64,000 bases of DNA from Myxococcales bacterium (lineage in GTDB: Bacteria; Myxococcota_A; Bradymonadia; UBA7976; UBA1532), in assembly GCA_002731825.1 (NCBI GenBank), contig PCCS01000017.1, positions 123,420-187,419 on the forward strand. Reading direction: 5' to 3'. Shown here piece after piece: positions 26,501 through 34,089 of the stretch (positions within the stretch are counted from its first letter, which is position 1; each line of letters opens with the position of its first letter). The notes beneath the pieces are model-generated. The model was given only the letters and a program-made list of their open reading frames with translations, ran no database searches and was not told where the DNA came from. Made by a program: the position numbers and the translations under genes.

Positions 26501-27460
26501 GATGGCTGCGATAACAATTGTACTCAAACCGCATGCGGCAACGGTGTCCGTACGGGCGACGAAGAATGCGATGATGGCAATGGTGCCGAAGGTGACGGCT
26601 GCGATTCTAACTGTACGGAGACGGCGTGTGGAAACGGAATCGTGACCTTTGGAGAAGCCTGTGATGATGGCAATGATATCAATGGCGATGGATGCGATAG
26701 CGACTGTGTCGCTGGACGCCCTTGCGGGGCCAACTGCCCGGATTTAAACTTTGTCTTAATCGAGGGTGGCGCATTTCAAATGGGCAGTAATCTGGGCCTT
26801 GCCAATGAGTTGCCTGTCCATGAGGTCACCGTGCCTTCATTTTTTATCGGGCAAAGTGAAGTGACTGTCGCAGCCTATGGCGCCTGTGTTGTCGCAGGCG
26901 CCTGTACTCCACCCAGTTCGGTGGAGCAGAACCCCACCTGCAACTGGGGGGCTGAAGGACGCGAAGAACATCCGATCAATTGTTTGAGCTGGCAACAATC
27001 GAGGGACTTTGCGGCTTGGATCGATGCGCGGCTGCCGACTGAAGCGGAGTGGGAGTTTGCCGCAACGAGCCGTGGACAAGACTTTCAATTCCCATGGGGA
27101 AACCAGCAAGCCACCTGTAATTTCGCAATTATGAAAGATGCAAATGGCGTAAGCGGCTGCGGTGAGAATACCACAGGCCCTGTCTGCGCGCGGCCGAACG
27201 GACATTCGGAACAAGGGCTTTGCGATATGGCCGGGAACGTATTCGAGTGGGTCGAAGATGATTACTACCAGAATTATTTCTTCGCACCCGCAGACGGCAG
27301 CGCCTGGATTGGAAACCCAAGAGAAAGCCGCCGAGTCTATCGCGGTGGTGCCTTCCTATTCAATTCAACGTTCCTTCGAGTAAAAGACCGGCGTGCTTAC
27401 ACACCAGACTTCCGTGTCAATTATCTTGGGTTTAGAGTCGCCCGCGACATTCCCGACTAA
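23588..27460 (+). CDS. Cys-rich surface lipoprotein: 4 ETDVDCGG-type repeats, 23 DUF4215-type repeats, C-terminal FGE-sulfatase (SUMF1/EgtB/PvdO, C-type-lectin fold) domain
   Basis: Lipobox TAGC; FQMGS, RLPTEAEWEFAA, GLCDMAGNVFEW, RVYRGG, LGFRVAR. Confidence 0.88.
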   Translation: MKKSYGSPEFVRSLRGTTNTVFKPAFGIGVLVALMAIGTAGCSSTDVGASNYRCMDDSDCRTGLICHPVRQACEPPAVIVDGGMSGDCRMALNACAAGFSCQFVMDTWSCLPGEASDAGGPSCSDQARNGRETDVDCGGPTCNGCRAGKLCLESTDCLSLVCNNNRCAEISCDDGVLNGNETSTDCGGDCTGCGVGAACNDGADCLSGVCVDGRCASPTCEDNVANQGESDIDCAGPCSLCDVGQMCRMNGDCLTDFCIDEICRSATCMDSIRNGDESDVDCGGACPACEAGRACLRPQDCTSGVCDDGVCQEPRCGDGVINGDETCDDGNEIDSDACRNTCIQATCGDGVIQTGVEECDDGNDNQFDACTNVCVSARCGDGLVQIDVETCDDGNDVDTDLCLNTCQTARCGDGVIQAGVEACDDGNAIDTDACLTTCQTARCGDGVIFPDLEDCDDGNQSDNDGCTNRCAFASCGDGLINEAVEECDDANANNNDACTNMCRNARCGDGIVHNGIEDCDDGNGSDTDACTNTCAEALCGDGFVRSGVEECDDGNLDDEDSCRADCRNARCGDGVINIEQETCDDGNLIDTDACTSECRDARCGDGIVYPNTEQCDDGNVIDTDACLNSCTRAECGDGVVEAGREDCDDGNDDDNDACPTSCRFASCGDGLIQNGLEECDDGNQSNADGCLNNCIAARCGDGFVQDGLEQCDDGNQNDQDGCLNSCATARCGDGVVWPDIEECDDGDNDDDDACTTQCMNARCGDGFVRGGFEQCDDGNRFNSDDCLNDCTASFCGDGIVRIDAEACDDGNDVDSDLCTNGCEFAVCGDGIVRIGQETCDDGNLEDGDGCDSNCTTTSCGNNILNAGEECDDGNDIDGDGCDSNCTETRCGNGVITGDEECEDGNGIDGDGCDSNCTQTACGNGIVTDAETCDDGNDIDGDACDSNCTIPACGNGIVAPGEQCDDNNLADGDGCDNNCTQTACGNGVRTGDEECDDGNGAEGDGCDSNCTETACGNGIVTFGEACDDGNDINGDGCDSDCVAGRPCGANCPDLNFVLIEGGAFQMGSNLGLANELPVHEVTVPSFFIGQSEVTVAAYGACVVAGACTPPSSVEQNPTCNWGAEGREEHPINCLSWQQSRDFAAWIDARLPTEAEWEFAATSRGQDFQFPWGNQQATCNFAIMKDANGVSGCGENTTGPVCARPNGHSEQGLCDMAGNVFEWVEDDYYQNYFFAPADGSAWIGNPRESRRVYRGGAFLFNSTFLRVKDRRAYTPDFRVNYLGFRVARDIPD
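24530..26712 (+). repeat. Intragenic tandem array of 23 Cys-rich repeats (93-96 bp unit, CG[DN]G..E.CDDGN....D.C...C)
   Basis: Counted in the translation; nucleotide units are diverged, so not a recent exact duplication. Confidence 0.9.
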
Positions 27461-27815
27461 AGCTAATCTGATCAAGCCAAGCTCTGCCGCGCTGTCGAGA
27501 GATCCCCGCATTGGAGCGCTCGAGTTTAAATAAGCGACCAAAATAGAGTGACCGGATGTGCCTTTTTGGCGCGACGCGCCGATGGGACTGCAGGACAGTA
27601 ATAATCCCTCAGTAGCGGAGGTGCGCCCGTGCGCTCGTCGGGTCAATAAAAGGGAAAAATGCTGCCGACGGCAAGCCCCCAGCATAGGGGGGTATGGGTA
27701 CAGGGGAAGTCGCTGGGAAGACTTACCGCCGGCAGATAATCTGTTCAGACCAGGACGAAGTGAGGCATCAGCCTTTTCAGGCGATGCGCTCGCTGGCCCG
27801 AAAAGGCTGACGTAC

Positions 27816-28361
27816 TTAGTTTTTAACTGTCGTCGCCTTCGCTGGAATTTTCTTAGCAGCTGGTTTCTTGGCGACCGGCTTTTTAGCAGGTGCTTTCTTA
27901 GCAGCTGGTTTCTTGGCGACCGGCTTTTTAGCAGGTGCTTTCTTAGCAGGTGGTTTCTTGGCAACCGGCTTTTTAGCAGGTGCTTTCTTCGCAGCTGGTT
28001 TCTTGGCGACCGGCTTTCTAGCAGGCGCTTTCTTCGCAGCTGGTTTCTTGGCGACCGGCTTTCTAGAAGGTGCTTTCTTCTCAGCTGGGGTGTTTGTCGT
28101 TGGCTCAGTTTCTTTGCCACCACGGAGAACGGTCCACTTATCACGGATGAAGGTCACCAACTCGTCGCCCGCTGCAGTCGCAGCATCCTTGAGGGCGTCT
28201 ACGGACACTTTCTCAGCTGTCTTAATGGGGTCCACGACCGATGTGGGGAGATTCGTCTCCACCCAAGTGTCCAGCTTGTTAACGATGTCTTGTCGACGAG
28301 ACTCTGCAATCTCGAGTCCGTCTTTTACGAAACGTGGCAATTTTTCTGCTAGGTTTGACAT
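27816..28361 (-). CDS. Lysine/alanine/proline-rich protein: amphipathic N-terminus plus histone-H1-like tail (HBHA/TadA/PhaF-like architecture)
   Basis: N-terminal helical region, acidic linker, then 5 x APAKKPVAKKPAAKK. Confidence 0.75.
   Translation of the reverse strand: MSNLAEKLPRFVKDGLEIAESRRQDIVNKLDTWVETNLPTSVVDPIKTAEKVSVDALKDAATAAGDELVTFIRDKWTVLRGGKETEPTTNTPAEKKAPSRKPVAKKPAAKKAPARKPVAKKPAAKKAPAKKPVAKKPPAKKAPAKKPVAKKPAAKKAPAKKPVAKKPAAKKIPAKATTVKN
27850..28087. repeat. Five near-identical 45-bp tandem repeats encoding (APAKKPVAKKPAAKK)5
   Basis: Unit ttcttagcagctggtttcttggcgaccggctttttagcaggtgct at 27850, 27895, 27940, 27985, 28030, plus a partial copy. Confidence 0.95.
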
Positions 28362-28396
28362 GTTTTCAATCCTTATTCTTGAAAGTAGCTGAACCC

Positions 28397-28452
28397 TTTA
28401 TAACGCATCGCGTCAAACCGTGTCAACGCAAAATAACGCAGCGCGTTATAAA
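28397..28452 (-). promoter_or_regulatory. Sigma70-like promoter (TTGACA-N18-TATAAA) overlapped by two palindromic operator-like sites
   Basis: Minus strand TTGACA 28426-28421 and TATAAA 28402-28397. ATAACGC-N3-GCGTCAA at 28400-28416 and ATAACGC-N3-GCGTTAT at 28433-28449. Outer 10-bp inverted repeat TTTATAACGC/GCGTTATAAA. Confidence 0.6.
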
Positions 28453-28549
28453 CTCGAGCAATTGAGTTCGAAATCGGCTTGATTAATGGACAAGAATACG
28501 ACGAGGACTTGGAGTTCTGATTGAGAAAGCTCGTCTTTAAAGACGCGCT

Positions 28550-29989
28550 TTAAGGCCTCTGCTGGCGTCTTATAATACGTGCAATGGCCCCATTCAAGGC
28601 GCGGCCGATTGCTGTTTGAAGCCGAATCTGTTCGACCATTGGCCAGGTCGACCGCTGGCCTTCAAGAATAAAACGGGCCATCACGTCGGGACTGGGGTTA
28701 GAAAACATCCGAATATAGAGATCGGCGTCGAAGCTCGGATGGATCGTGATGTCGCCCCCGTAGTCCTGGGTCATAAATGATTCGGCGCTTTTGACTAATG
28801 ACTCTAAACCACTTCCGTCAACCAGTTGTCGACCCGTCGCCAAAAAGGCTTTGGTCTGACCACGCAAAAATTCACCGGTTACCGTAGCGAGTCGACGCGC
28901 CGGTCCAAGCCCCGAAGACGCATGAATAAAAGGCAACACATGGGGATTGGTCTGGCTTACGATGAAATGATTAACATTTTGGAGGCGACTTAACCGTTTC
29001 TTCGGCACATCACCCGTCAACGACCCGTCGCTCCATCTTTCGCTGGCCAGATAATCAACTCGCCGACCGGAGCGTGTTTTCTTTTTCAACGTCACGGGTT
29101 TGAACAGACCTGGAACTGCGGCAGATGCAAGACACGCATCGATGACATAAACATCTGGCGCCGTTCTGTGGTTCAGTATGCGTGGTTTTTGGCGACCTCG
29201 AGTGGGCGAGACTGTAATGTTTAGCACGCGGCCACTGACGGTAAAAGATTCATGAAAAGTCAGATCTGGAATCGCTCGTCCTAGAGACTCACGCAAAACG
29301 GTTTGATCGAGTAGAGACCGGGTCTTGGCGGCATCGAGCAGCCCCTGTAGTTCCAATGATTTTCCTGGCGCAAAGATGGCCTCGTCAAACCAGCTGCCCA
29401 ATTGACTGTTGGCACGGGTGCAAATCGAACTGGCAATGATGGCGCCCATACTCGACCCCGAAATGACTTGGGGAAGCAACCCCTCCTGCCAAAGCGCCTT
29501 CGCCACACCTAAATGATAGTAGCCGAGTGTTGCACCACCACTGAGCAGCAATGCTGTTCGACCAAAGCTTTCTTGGGCTTGTCTGAATCGATTTAGTTTC
29601 TCTTGCTCGCTCCAAGAGGGATTGTCTGTATCGGCCAGATAGTCAATGCCCTCAACGGCTTCTTTAAAATAGTCGACGACCAGGTCTTTGGTCCCCGCAT
29701 GAGCCCCTCGATACAGTGTCTCCGAATTCAGAGCGCTCAGATTTTGATAGAGACTCTCAGGTAAAAACTCTTGAAGCGCGCCGATTGACCCACTGAGTCG
29801 ATATCCTTTTAATCTAGAAATATGTTCCGCCAAGCTCTTTGCGTTATACACGTTTGAATCTGGGCTACGCCGCCAACGATCTAACTCCAGCAATGTGTCC
29901 AATTCATGGGCATTACGCAGCCAAGCCGAGTACGATTGGGCTCGTTTGAGCGCACGGCGGAGTGTACGGATCTTCATCGCCCGCTTCAT
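28550..29989 (-). CDS. Patatin-like phospholipase / triacylglycerol lipase with N-terminal DUF3336 (TGL/SDP1-like)
   Basis: LSGGATLGYYHLG, SGSSMG (GxSxG), ASAAVPG, WSDGS, HFIVSQTNPH; A.SY..W...A.ELD DUF3336-type N-terminus. Likely start MKRAMK at 29989 (ORF track 30082). Confidence 0.88.
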   Translation of the reverse strand: MKRAMKIRTLRRALKRAQSYSAWLRNAHELDTLLELDRWRRSPDSNVYNAKSLAEHISRLKGYRLSGSIGALQEFLPESLYQNLSALNSETLYRGAHAGTKDLVVDYFKEAVEGIDYLADTDNPSWSEQEKLNRFRQAQESFGRTALLLSGGATLGYYHLGVAKALWQEGLLPQVISGSSMGAIIASSICTRANSQLGSWFDEAIFAPGKSLELQGLLDAAKTRSLLDQTVLRESLGRAIPDLTFHESFTVSGRVLNITVSPTRGRQKPRILNHRTAPDVYVIDACLASAAVPGLFKPVTLKKKTRSGRRVDYLASERWSDGSLTGDVPKKRLSRLQNVNHFIVSQTNPHVLPFIHASSGLGPARRLATVTGEFLRGQTKAFLATGRQLVDGSGLESLVKSAESFMTQDYGGDITIHPSFDADLYIRMFSNPSPDVMARFILEGQRSTWPMVEQIRLQTAIGRALNGAIARIIRRQQRP

Positions 29990-30044
29990 ATGCGGCCCCC
30001 GCCTCGGATAGCTATAATGGACTCGATCATGAGTTCGCTGGCCT

Positions 30045-30968
30045 TCATCGCGGCGGCTGGCAAACAACCTCGGTTGAGACATGTTCGCGAGTATCAGGGC
30101 ATGCGTCTACAGATGAGCAGCCACATTGACCCTCAATACAGCGATCAAGCCCTAAGGCTGTGCAATCATCATCGAGGGTACACAGACAGGCTCCATCGAG
30201 TCCACAGACAGACATAGAGCCATCCTCAGCGCAGCTGGTCTCCGAACATCTGCAGCGACCCGAATCGAGATCGCAGATAGGTCGGCGTGGGTCCTGGCAG
30301 TCCGCATCTTGAGTACAACCAAGACTGCACACCTGGTTACGACACGCCGCATTCGCGTATCCACAAACGGTGATTAAGCTCTGATCGAATCGACGTTGTT
30401 CGGTCGGTCCCTGACCATTAGGACAATTATCATCCCCGTTTGCATTGACCATAAAAAATGGGGCACACAAGCCAGCTGCGCCAATGGCGACGCAACCGAA
30501 TCCATCGGGACAGCGTTGATTCTCCCCACAATTCACATTCCAGCCAGATAGTCGCGCCCAACAAAGACCCGGCACAGCACAGACCACTGGGACACAGAGA
30601 CTGTCCGCACAGGTCGAATCATTGTTACAGTCTTCCTCACGAATACAGCGTTCCTGACAGGTGCGAAGGCCCAGATCCGCCGCAGCCGGCGCTGATGCAT
30701 CTCGAATCAGACCTGCATCGTTTATCGATGCATCAGGTCCGCTGTCCGGTGCAGCGTCTACCATCGCATCTCTCGGCCTTGATGGGGGTCTCTGCGGAAC
30801 GAATGCATCGGGGCTACGCTGCCCGAAATCTCTACTGCGACTGGTCCCCGAATCGATACGACCCATATCATTGGTGCCGACGTTTGGATACGGTGGCGGC
30901 TCATCCAAAAATGAACAGCCACAAAAGAAAAGAGACAGTACGAATATCGACTTGATGGATACATTCAT
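30045..30968 (-). CDS. Cys-rich lipoprotein
   Basis: Lipobox FCGC; low-complexity DAG linker; repeated C...DDC/C..DADC and C.C motifs. Confidence 0.7.
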   Translation of the reverse strand: MNVSIKSIFVLSLFFCGCSFLDEPPPYPNVGTNDMGRIDSGTSRSRDFGQRSPDAFVPQRPPSRPRDAMVDAAPDSGPDASINDAGLIRDASAPAAADLGLRTCQERCIREEDCNNDSTCADSLCVPVVCAVPGLCWARLSGWNVNCGENQRCPDGFGCVAIGAAGLCAPFFMVNANGDDNCPNGQGPTEQRRFDQSLITVCGYANAACRNQVCSLGCTQDADCQDPRRPICDLDSGRCRCSETSCAEDGSMSVCGLDGACLCTLDDDCTALGLDRCIEGQCGCSSVDACPDTREHVSTEVVCQPPR

Positions 30969-31102
30969 ATGCCCATATTTGGCATTGCAAGGTCAGACGT
31001 CAACGAAATTGACACACACCTCCGGCCAATAATCGAACCTAGATTCAATTTTTCAATCATCGCAATCTTGCGAAGATGGACTGCACACGGCATCTTTAGA
31101 CC

Positions 31103-32194
31103 GTGTTAATTTGTCCCTTATGTGAACGAGTCTACCCCGGTGGCTCTCTAGACCGCTGTCCTGAGGACGGGTCTCCGCTCTATGTCGTAGGCGACGACGT
31201 CGCTGCGCGCAAAGCACTGACACCTGGAGATCAGGTTGCCGGAAAGTACGAACTCTTAGAAGAGATCACCCATCGAACAGGCGCAGGACGCACTTTTCGT
31301 GCACGTCAAATTCAGCTTGAGCGAGAGGTTGAACTCCGACTTTTACCTGAAAACACCATCGTAAAACCAGCTGATCATGCACGTTTCAGACGAGAAGTTG
31401 AAACCTGGGGGAAACTGAGAAACGACCATCTCGTCAGGCTCTATGATTCCGGTTTTGCCGAAGGTAATGCCCCTTATATGGCGTTGGAGTATGTCGGTGG
31501 AGGCTCTGCCGGTGACCAACTCAGACAGTCGGGGCGACTCTCTATCGACTTGGTTCGCACCTGTGCAAGACATGTTCTCAGAGCCCTTGATGCCGCTCAT
31601 CGAGCCAATGTTCTCCATCGCGACATCACGCCAGATGCAATCATTATATCCAGTCGTATTGGTGGTGGCGTGGCATGCCGACTCACTGGGTTCGGCCTCG
31701 CCAAACACTTAGGCGATGACGATGATGATCCAACCGCCATTACCATGACTGGGCAAGTGGTTGGGAGTCCAGCCTACATGGCACCTGAAACCATCATGCG
31801 TGGGATTCTAGATCCGAAAACCGATCTATATGCACTTGGAGTGACACTGTACGAACTGCTGGCCGGCGCTCGACCTTTTCCCGGTCAATCACTGGCCGAG
31901 CTCCTGGCTGAACACGTACGAGGCGTCCCCATTCCGATCGTTCAGCATCGAACAGACGTCCCACCTGGATTTAGAATTTTCCTGGAACAGATGATGGCTC
32001 GCGAACCAGAGCGACGTTTTCAATCTGCGGAGCAAGCATTGGAATCTCTTGAGTTCGCCAGCGAGCAGGGAGAACACACGCCCAGTATCCATATTCGATT
32101 GAAACGTGACGAAGCTAAAAAAAGAGAGAGAATGCTCATGGCGATGATGGTGGTCGCAACCATTGTTGCGACTGTTCTGCTGGCCATGCTCTAA
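31103..32194 (+). CDS. Ser/Thr protein kinase-fold protein, predicted pseudokinase, with N-terminal Zn-ribbon and C-terminal TM
   Basis: Kinase fold intact (HRD, GSPAYMAPE, DLYALG) but VELR replaces VAxK, HRDITPDA replaces HRDxKxxN, and GFG replaces DFG. Confidence 0.85.
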   Translation: MLICPLCERVYPGGSLDRCPEDGSPLYVVGDDVAARKALTPGDQVAGKYELLEEITHRTGAGRTFRARQIQLEREVELRLLPENTIVKPADHARFRREVETWGKLRNDHLVRLYDSGFAEGNAPYMALEYVGGGSAGDQLRQSGRLSIDLVRTCARHVLRALDAAHRANVLHRDITPDAIIISSRIGGGVACRLTGFGLAKHLGDDDDDPTAITMTGQVVGSPAYMAPETIMRGILDPKTDLYALGVTLYELLAGARPFPGQSLAELLAEHVRGVPIPIVQHRTDVPPGFRIFLEQMMAREPERRFQSAEQALESLEFASEQGEHTPSIHIRLKRDEAKKRERMLMAMMVVATIVATVLLAML

Positions 32195-32934
32195 TCAGAT
32201 TCAGATCCGGTATTCGCCAATTTAGAGACGCGTTCGAGCTCACTGAAAACGCCGCCAAACATACTCAGCTCCTGCTGATTTAAATTGGCTCGATGGAGAA
32301 CTTTTCGAAGGCGCCTAACGAATGCATCACTGCTCCGTCCATGGGGGTATTCCAACCTCGAACAGATCTCTAAAACTCGGCTGTAGAACGCGTCCCGTGC
32401 CGCTGCAGACAACTTCGGCGATTCGTCTACGGTCTGAGGACCGACTGAATCAGCGTCAGGGCGCGCGAGTTCATAACTGAGACAAGCGACGGCATGTGCT
32501 AAATTCATCGATGGAAAGGTCTGCATCGTTGGAATCGTGACGACCGCTGAGCAGAGAGCCAGCTCGTCTCGAGTCAACCCAGTCCGTTCACAGCCAAAGA
32601 GGACAGCCGTTTTACCAACACCCGAAACCCGCCGACCCAGCCCGGCGGCGGGCCATTCAGGAGGTGCATCCGCATCGCGTAAACGCCGGCTGCTACCAAT
32701 GATCAGATTACAATCGGCAATGGCCTCGTTGACAGACGCGTACACGTCGACGTCATAAATGTCGGTTGCACCACTTGAGTAGCACAATAAATCCCTGGCA
32801 TCGAAGGTCTGCTGGGTGACAACCCGAATGGCCCCCAGGCCCGCGTTGGCCACAGCGCGGATTGCCCCCCCGACGTTTCTGACGTCAGCAGGTCGGCAGA
32901 GAATAAAGACACAGTCACGACGCACATCGGTCAT
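32191..32934 (-). CDS. trmJ: SPOUT-family tRNA/rRNA methyltransferase (TrmJ/LasT-like)
   Basis: NVGGAIRAVANAG, IGSSRR, LFGCERTGLT, SMNLAHAV; start 32934 overlaps the kinase stop (ATGA). Confidence 0.8.
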   Translation of the reverse strand: MTDVRRDCVFILCRPADVRNVGGAIRAVANAGLGAIRVVTQQTFDARDLLCYSSGATDIYDVDVYASVNEAIADCNLIIGSSRRLRDADAPPEWPAAGLGRRVSGVGKTAVLFGCERTGLTRDELALCSAVVTIPTMQTFPSMNLAHAVACLSYELARPDADSVGPQTVDESPKLSAAARDAFYSRVLEICSRLEYPHGRSSDAFVRRLRKVLHRANLNQQELSMFGGVFSELERVSKLANTGSESD

Positions 32935-34013
32935 AGAAGAAATCCCCAAATGGAGCCGATAAGCAAACTGACACCCACCGCAATTTTCCATGAGAAAAAT
33001 GTCTCGTCAGCCTTCGGAGCAGTCAAGCGCCGCGTTCTTGGTGCAATTGGCCGGGGAACGAGCGGGGTTTTGATCAAGCTTTCTTTGAGTTCATCTCGCA
33101 CGAGAGCAGCGTTCTCGGGTCGCCCGGCAGGGTCCTTAGACAGCATCCGAAGGACACTGTCTTCTAGGGACGTCGGCAATTGTTGTTCTGGCGCCAAAAG
33201 CATGTTTGGGATGGCCGGAATCTCATTGATGACGGCCGTAACCGACTTTCCTGTGACACGCCGACGTGTCAACCCCTCATAAAGGACGACACCCAAAGCG
33301 TATATATCGGCCCGCGCATCGACGACATGACCTCGACACTGCTCGGGAGACATGTACCGCAAAGTCCCAAGCCGTTGTCGCCGTTCGCCACTGCGATCGA
33401 CATCGAGCATAGCCGCGATACCAAAATCGACCAGTTTCACCCGAAACTCTCCAGATGACAGTTCCTCCAAGAAAATATTATCCGGTTTCAGGTCTCGGTG
33501 AATGATTCGTGCGTCATGGGCAGCCGTTAACCCATCGCATGCTTGGCAAATCAGGGGAATGAGGTCCATAGGCGGCATTGGGGCCTGCTCGCGAAGCAGG
33601 TCTTTTAAAGTCTGACCTTGCAAGAGTTCCATTGCGATATACGCGACACCCTCGGATTCGGAAAAACCAGTGTCAAAAATAGTTACAACATTCGGATGGG
33701 ACAAACGGGCTGAGGCGATTGCTTCATCTCGGAAAAGGGCGCGTTGTAGAGGACTTTCAAGCAGCCGCGGATAGAGAACTTTGAGTGCGACTTTGTCGCC
33801 GACTAAGTCACGTGTGGCTGAGAACACCATGCCCATACCACCGACCCCTAAGACCTCTTCGATGACATATTTGCCATCGAGGTTCCGGCCAATCCAAGCT
33901 TCGGGTGGTTCATCCGGTGCAACGATCGCTTGACCGCAGCTGGGACAAATCCGCTGGTCCGGGCGAATGACAGCACTGCAGTGCAGGCAAGTTTCTAATT
34001 GATTTCCGGTCAT
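32931..34013 (-). CDS. Ser/Thr protein kinase with N-terminal Zn-ribbon and C-terminal TM
   Basis: CLHC..CPSC; GVGGMG, VALK, HRDLKPDN, DFG, MSPE. Start MTGNQL at 34013 (ORF track 34142 overlaps the divergent gene). Confidence 0.92.
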   Translation of the reverse strand: MTGNQLETCLHCSAVIRPDQRICPSCGQAIVAPDEPPEAWIGRNLDGKYVIEEVLGVGGMGMVFSATRDLVGDKVALKVLYPRLLESPLQRALFRDEAIASARLSHPNVVTIFDTGFSESEGVAYIAMELLQGQTLKDLLREQAPMPPMDLIPLICQACDGLTAAHDARIIHRDLKPDNIFLEELSSGEFRVKLVDFGIAAMLDVDRSGERRQRLGTLRYMSPEQCRGHVVDARADIYALGVVLYEGLTRRRVTGKSVTAVINEIPAIPNMLLAPEQQLPTSLEDSVLRMLSKDPAGRPENAALVRDELKESLIKTPLVPRPIAPRTRRLTAPKADETFFSWKIAVGVSLLIGSIWGFLL

Positions 34014-34089
34014 TGTAAGTCGAGTGAAATTCCGGTCTAATGCGGCTGTCAGGAGTATACGCTCAACACTGCAATTATTGGAAGAGGTC

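Noticed and set aside
23962-27214. Many 60-160 aa antisense and off-frame ORFs
   Set aside because: By-products of the codon periodicity of the Cys/Asp/Gly repeat gene
27330-27457. Complete diversity-generating retroelement
   Set aside because: No reverse transcriptase and no second copy of the region seen in this window
27850-28087. Possible CRISPR array or VNTR-type non-coding repeat
   Set aside because: Contiguous 45-bp units with no spacers, in frame within a CDS; no cas genes
27365-28392. Long ORFs 27365-28144 (-), 27558-28352 (+) and 27868-28392 (+)
   Set aside because: Alternative-frame read-throughs of the stop-free 45-bp repeat; only the PAKK frame has a sensible N-terminus and promoter
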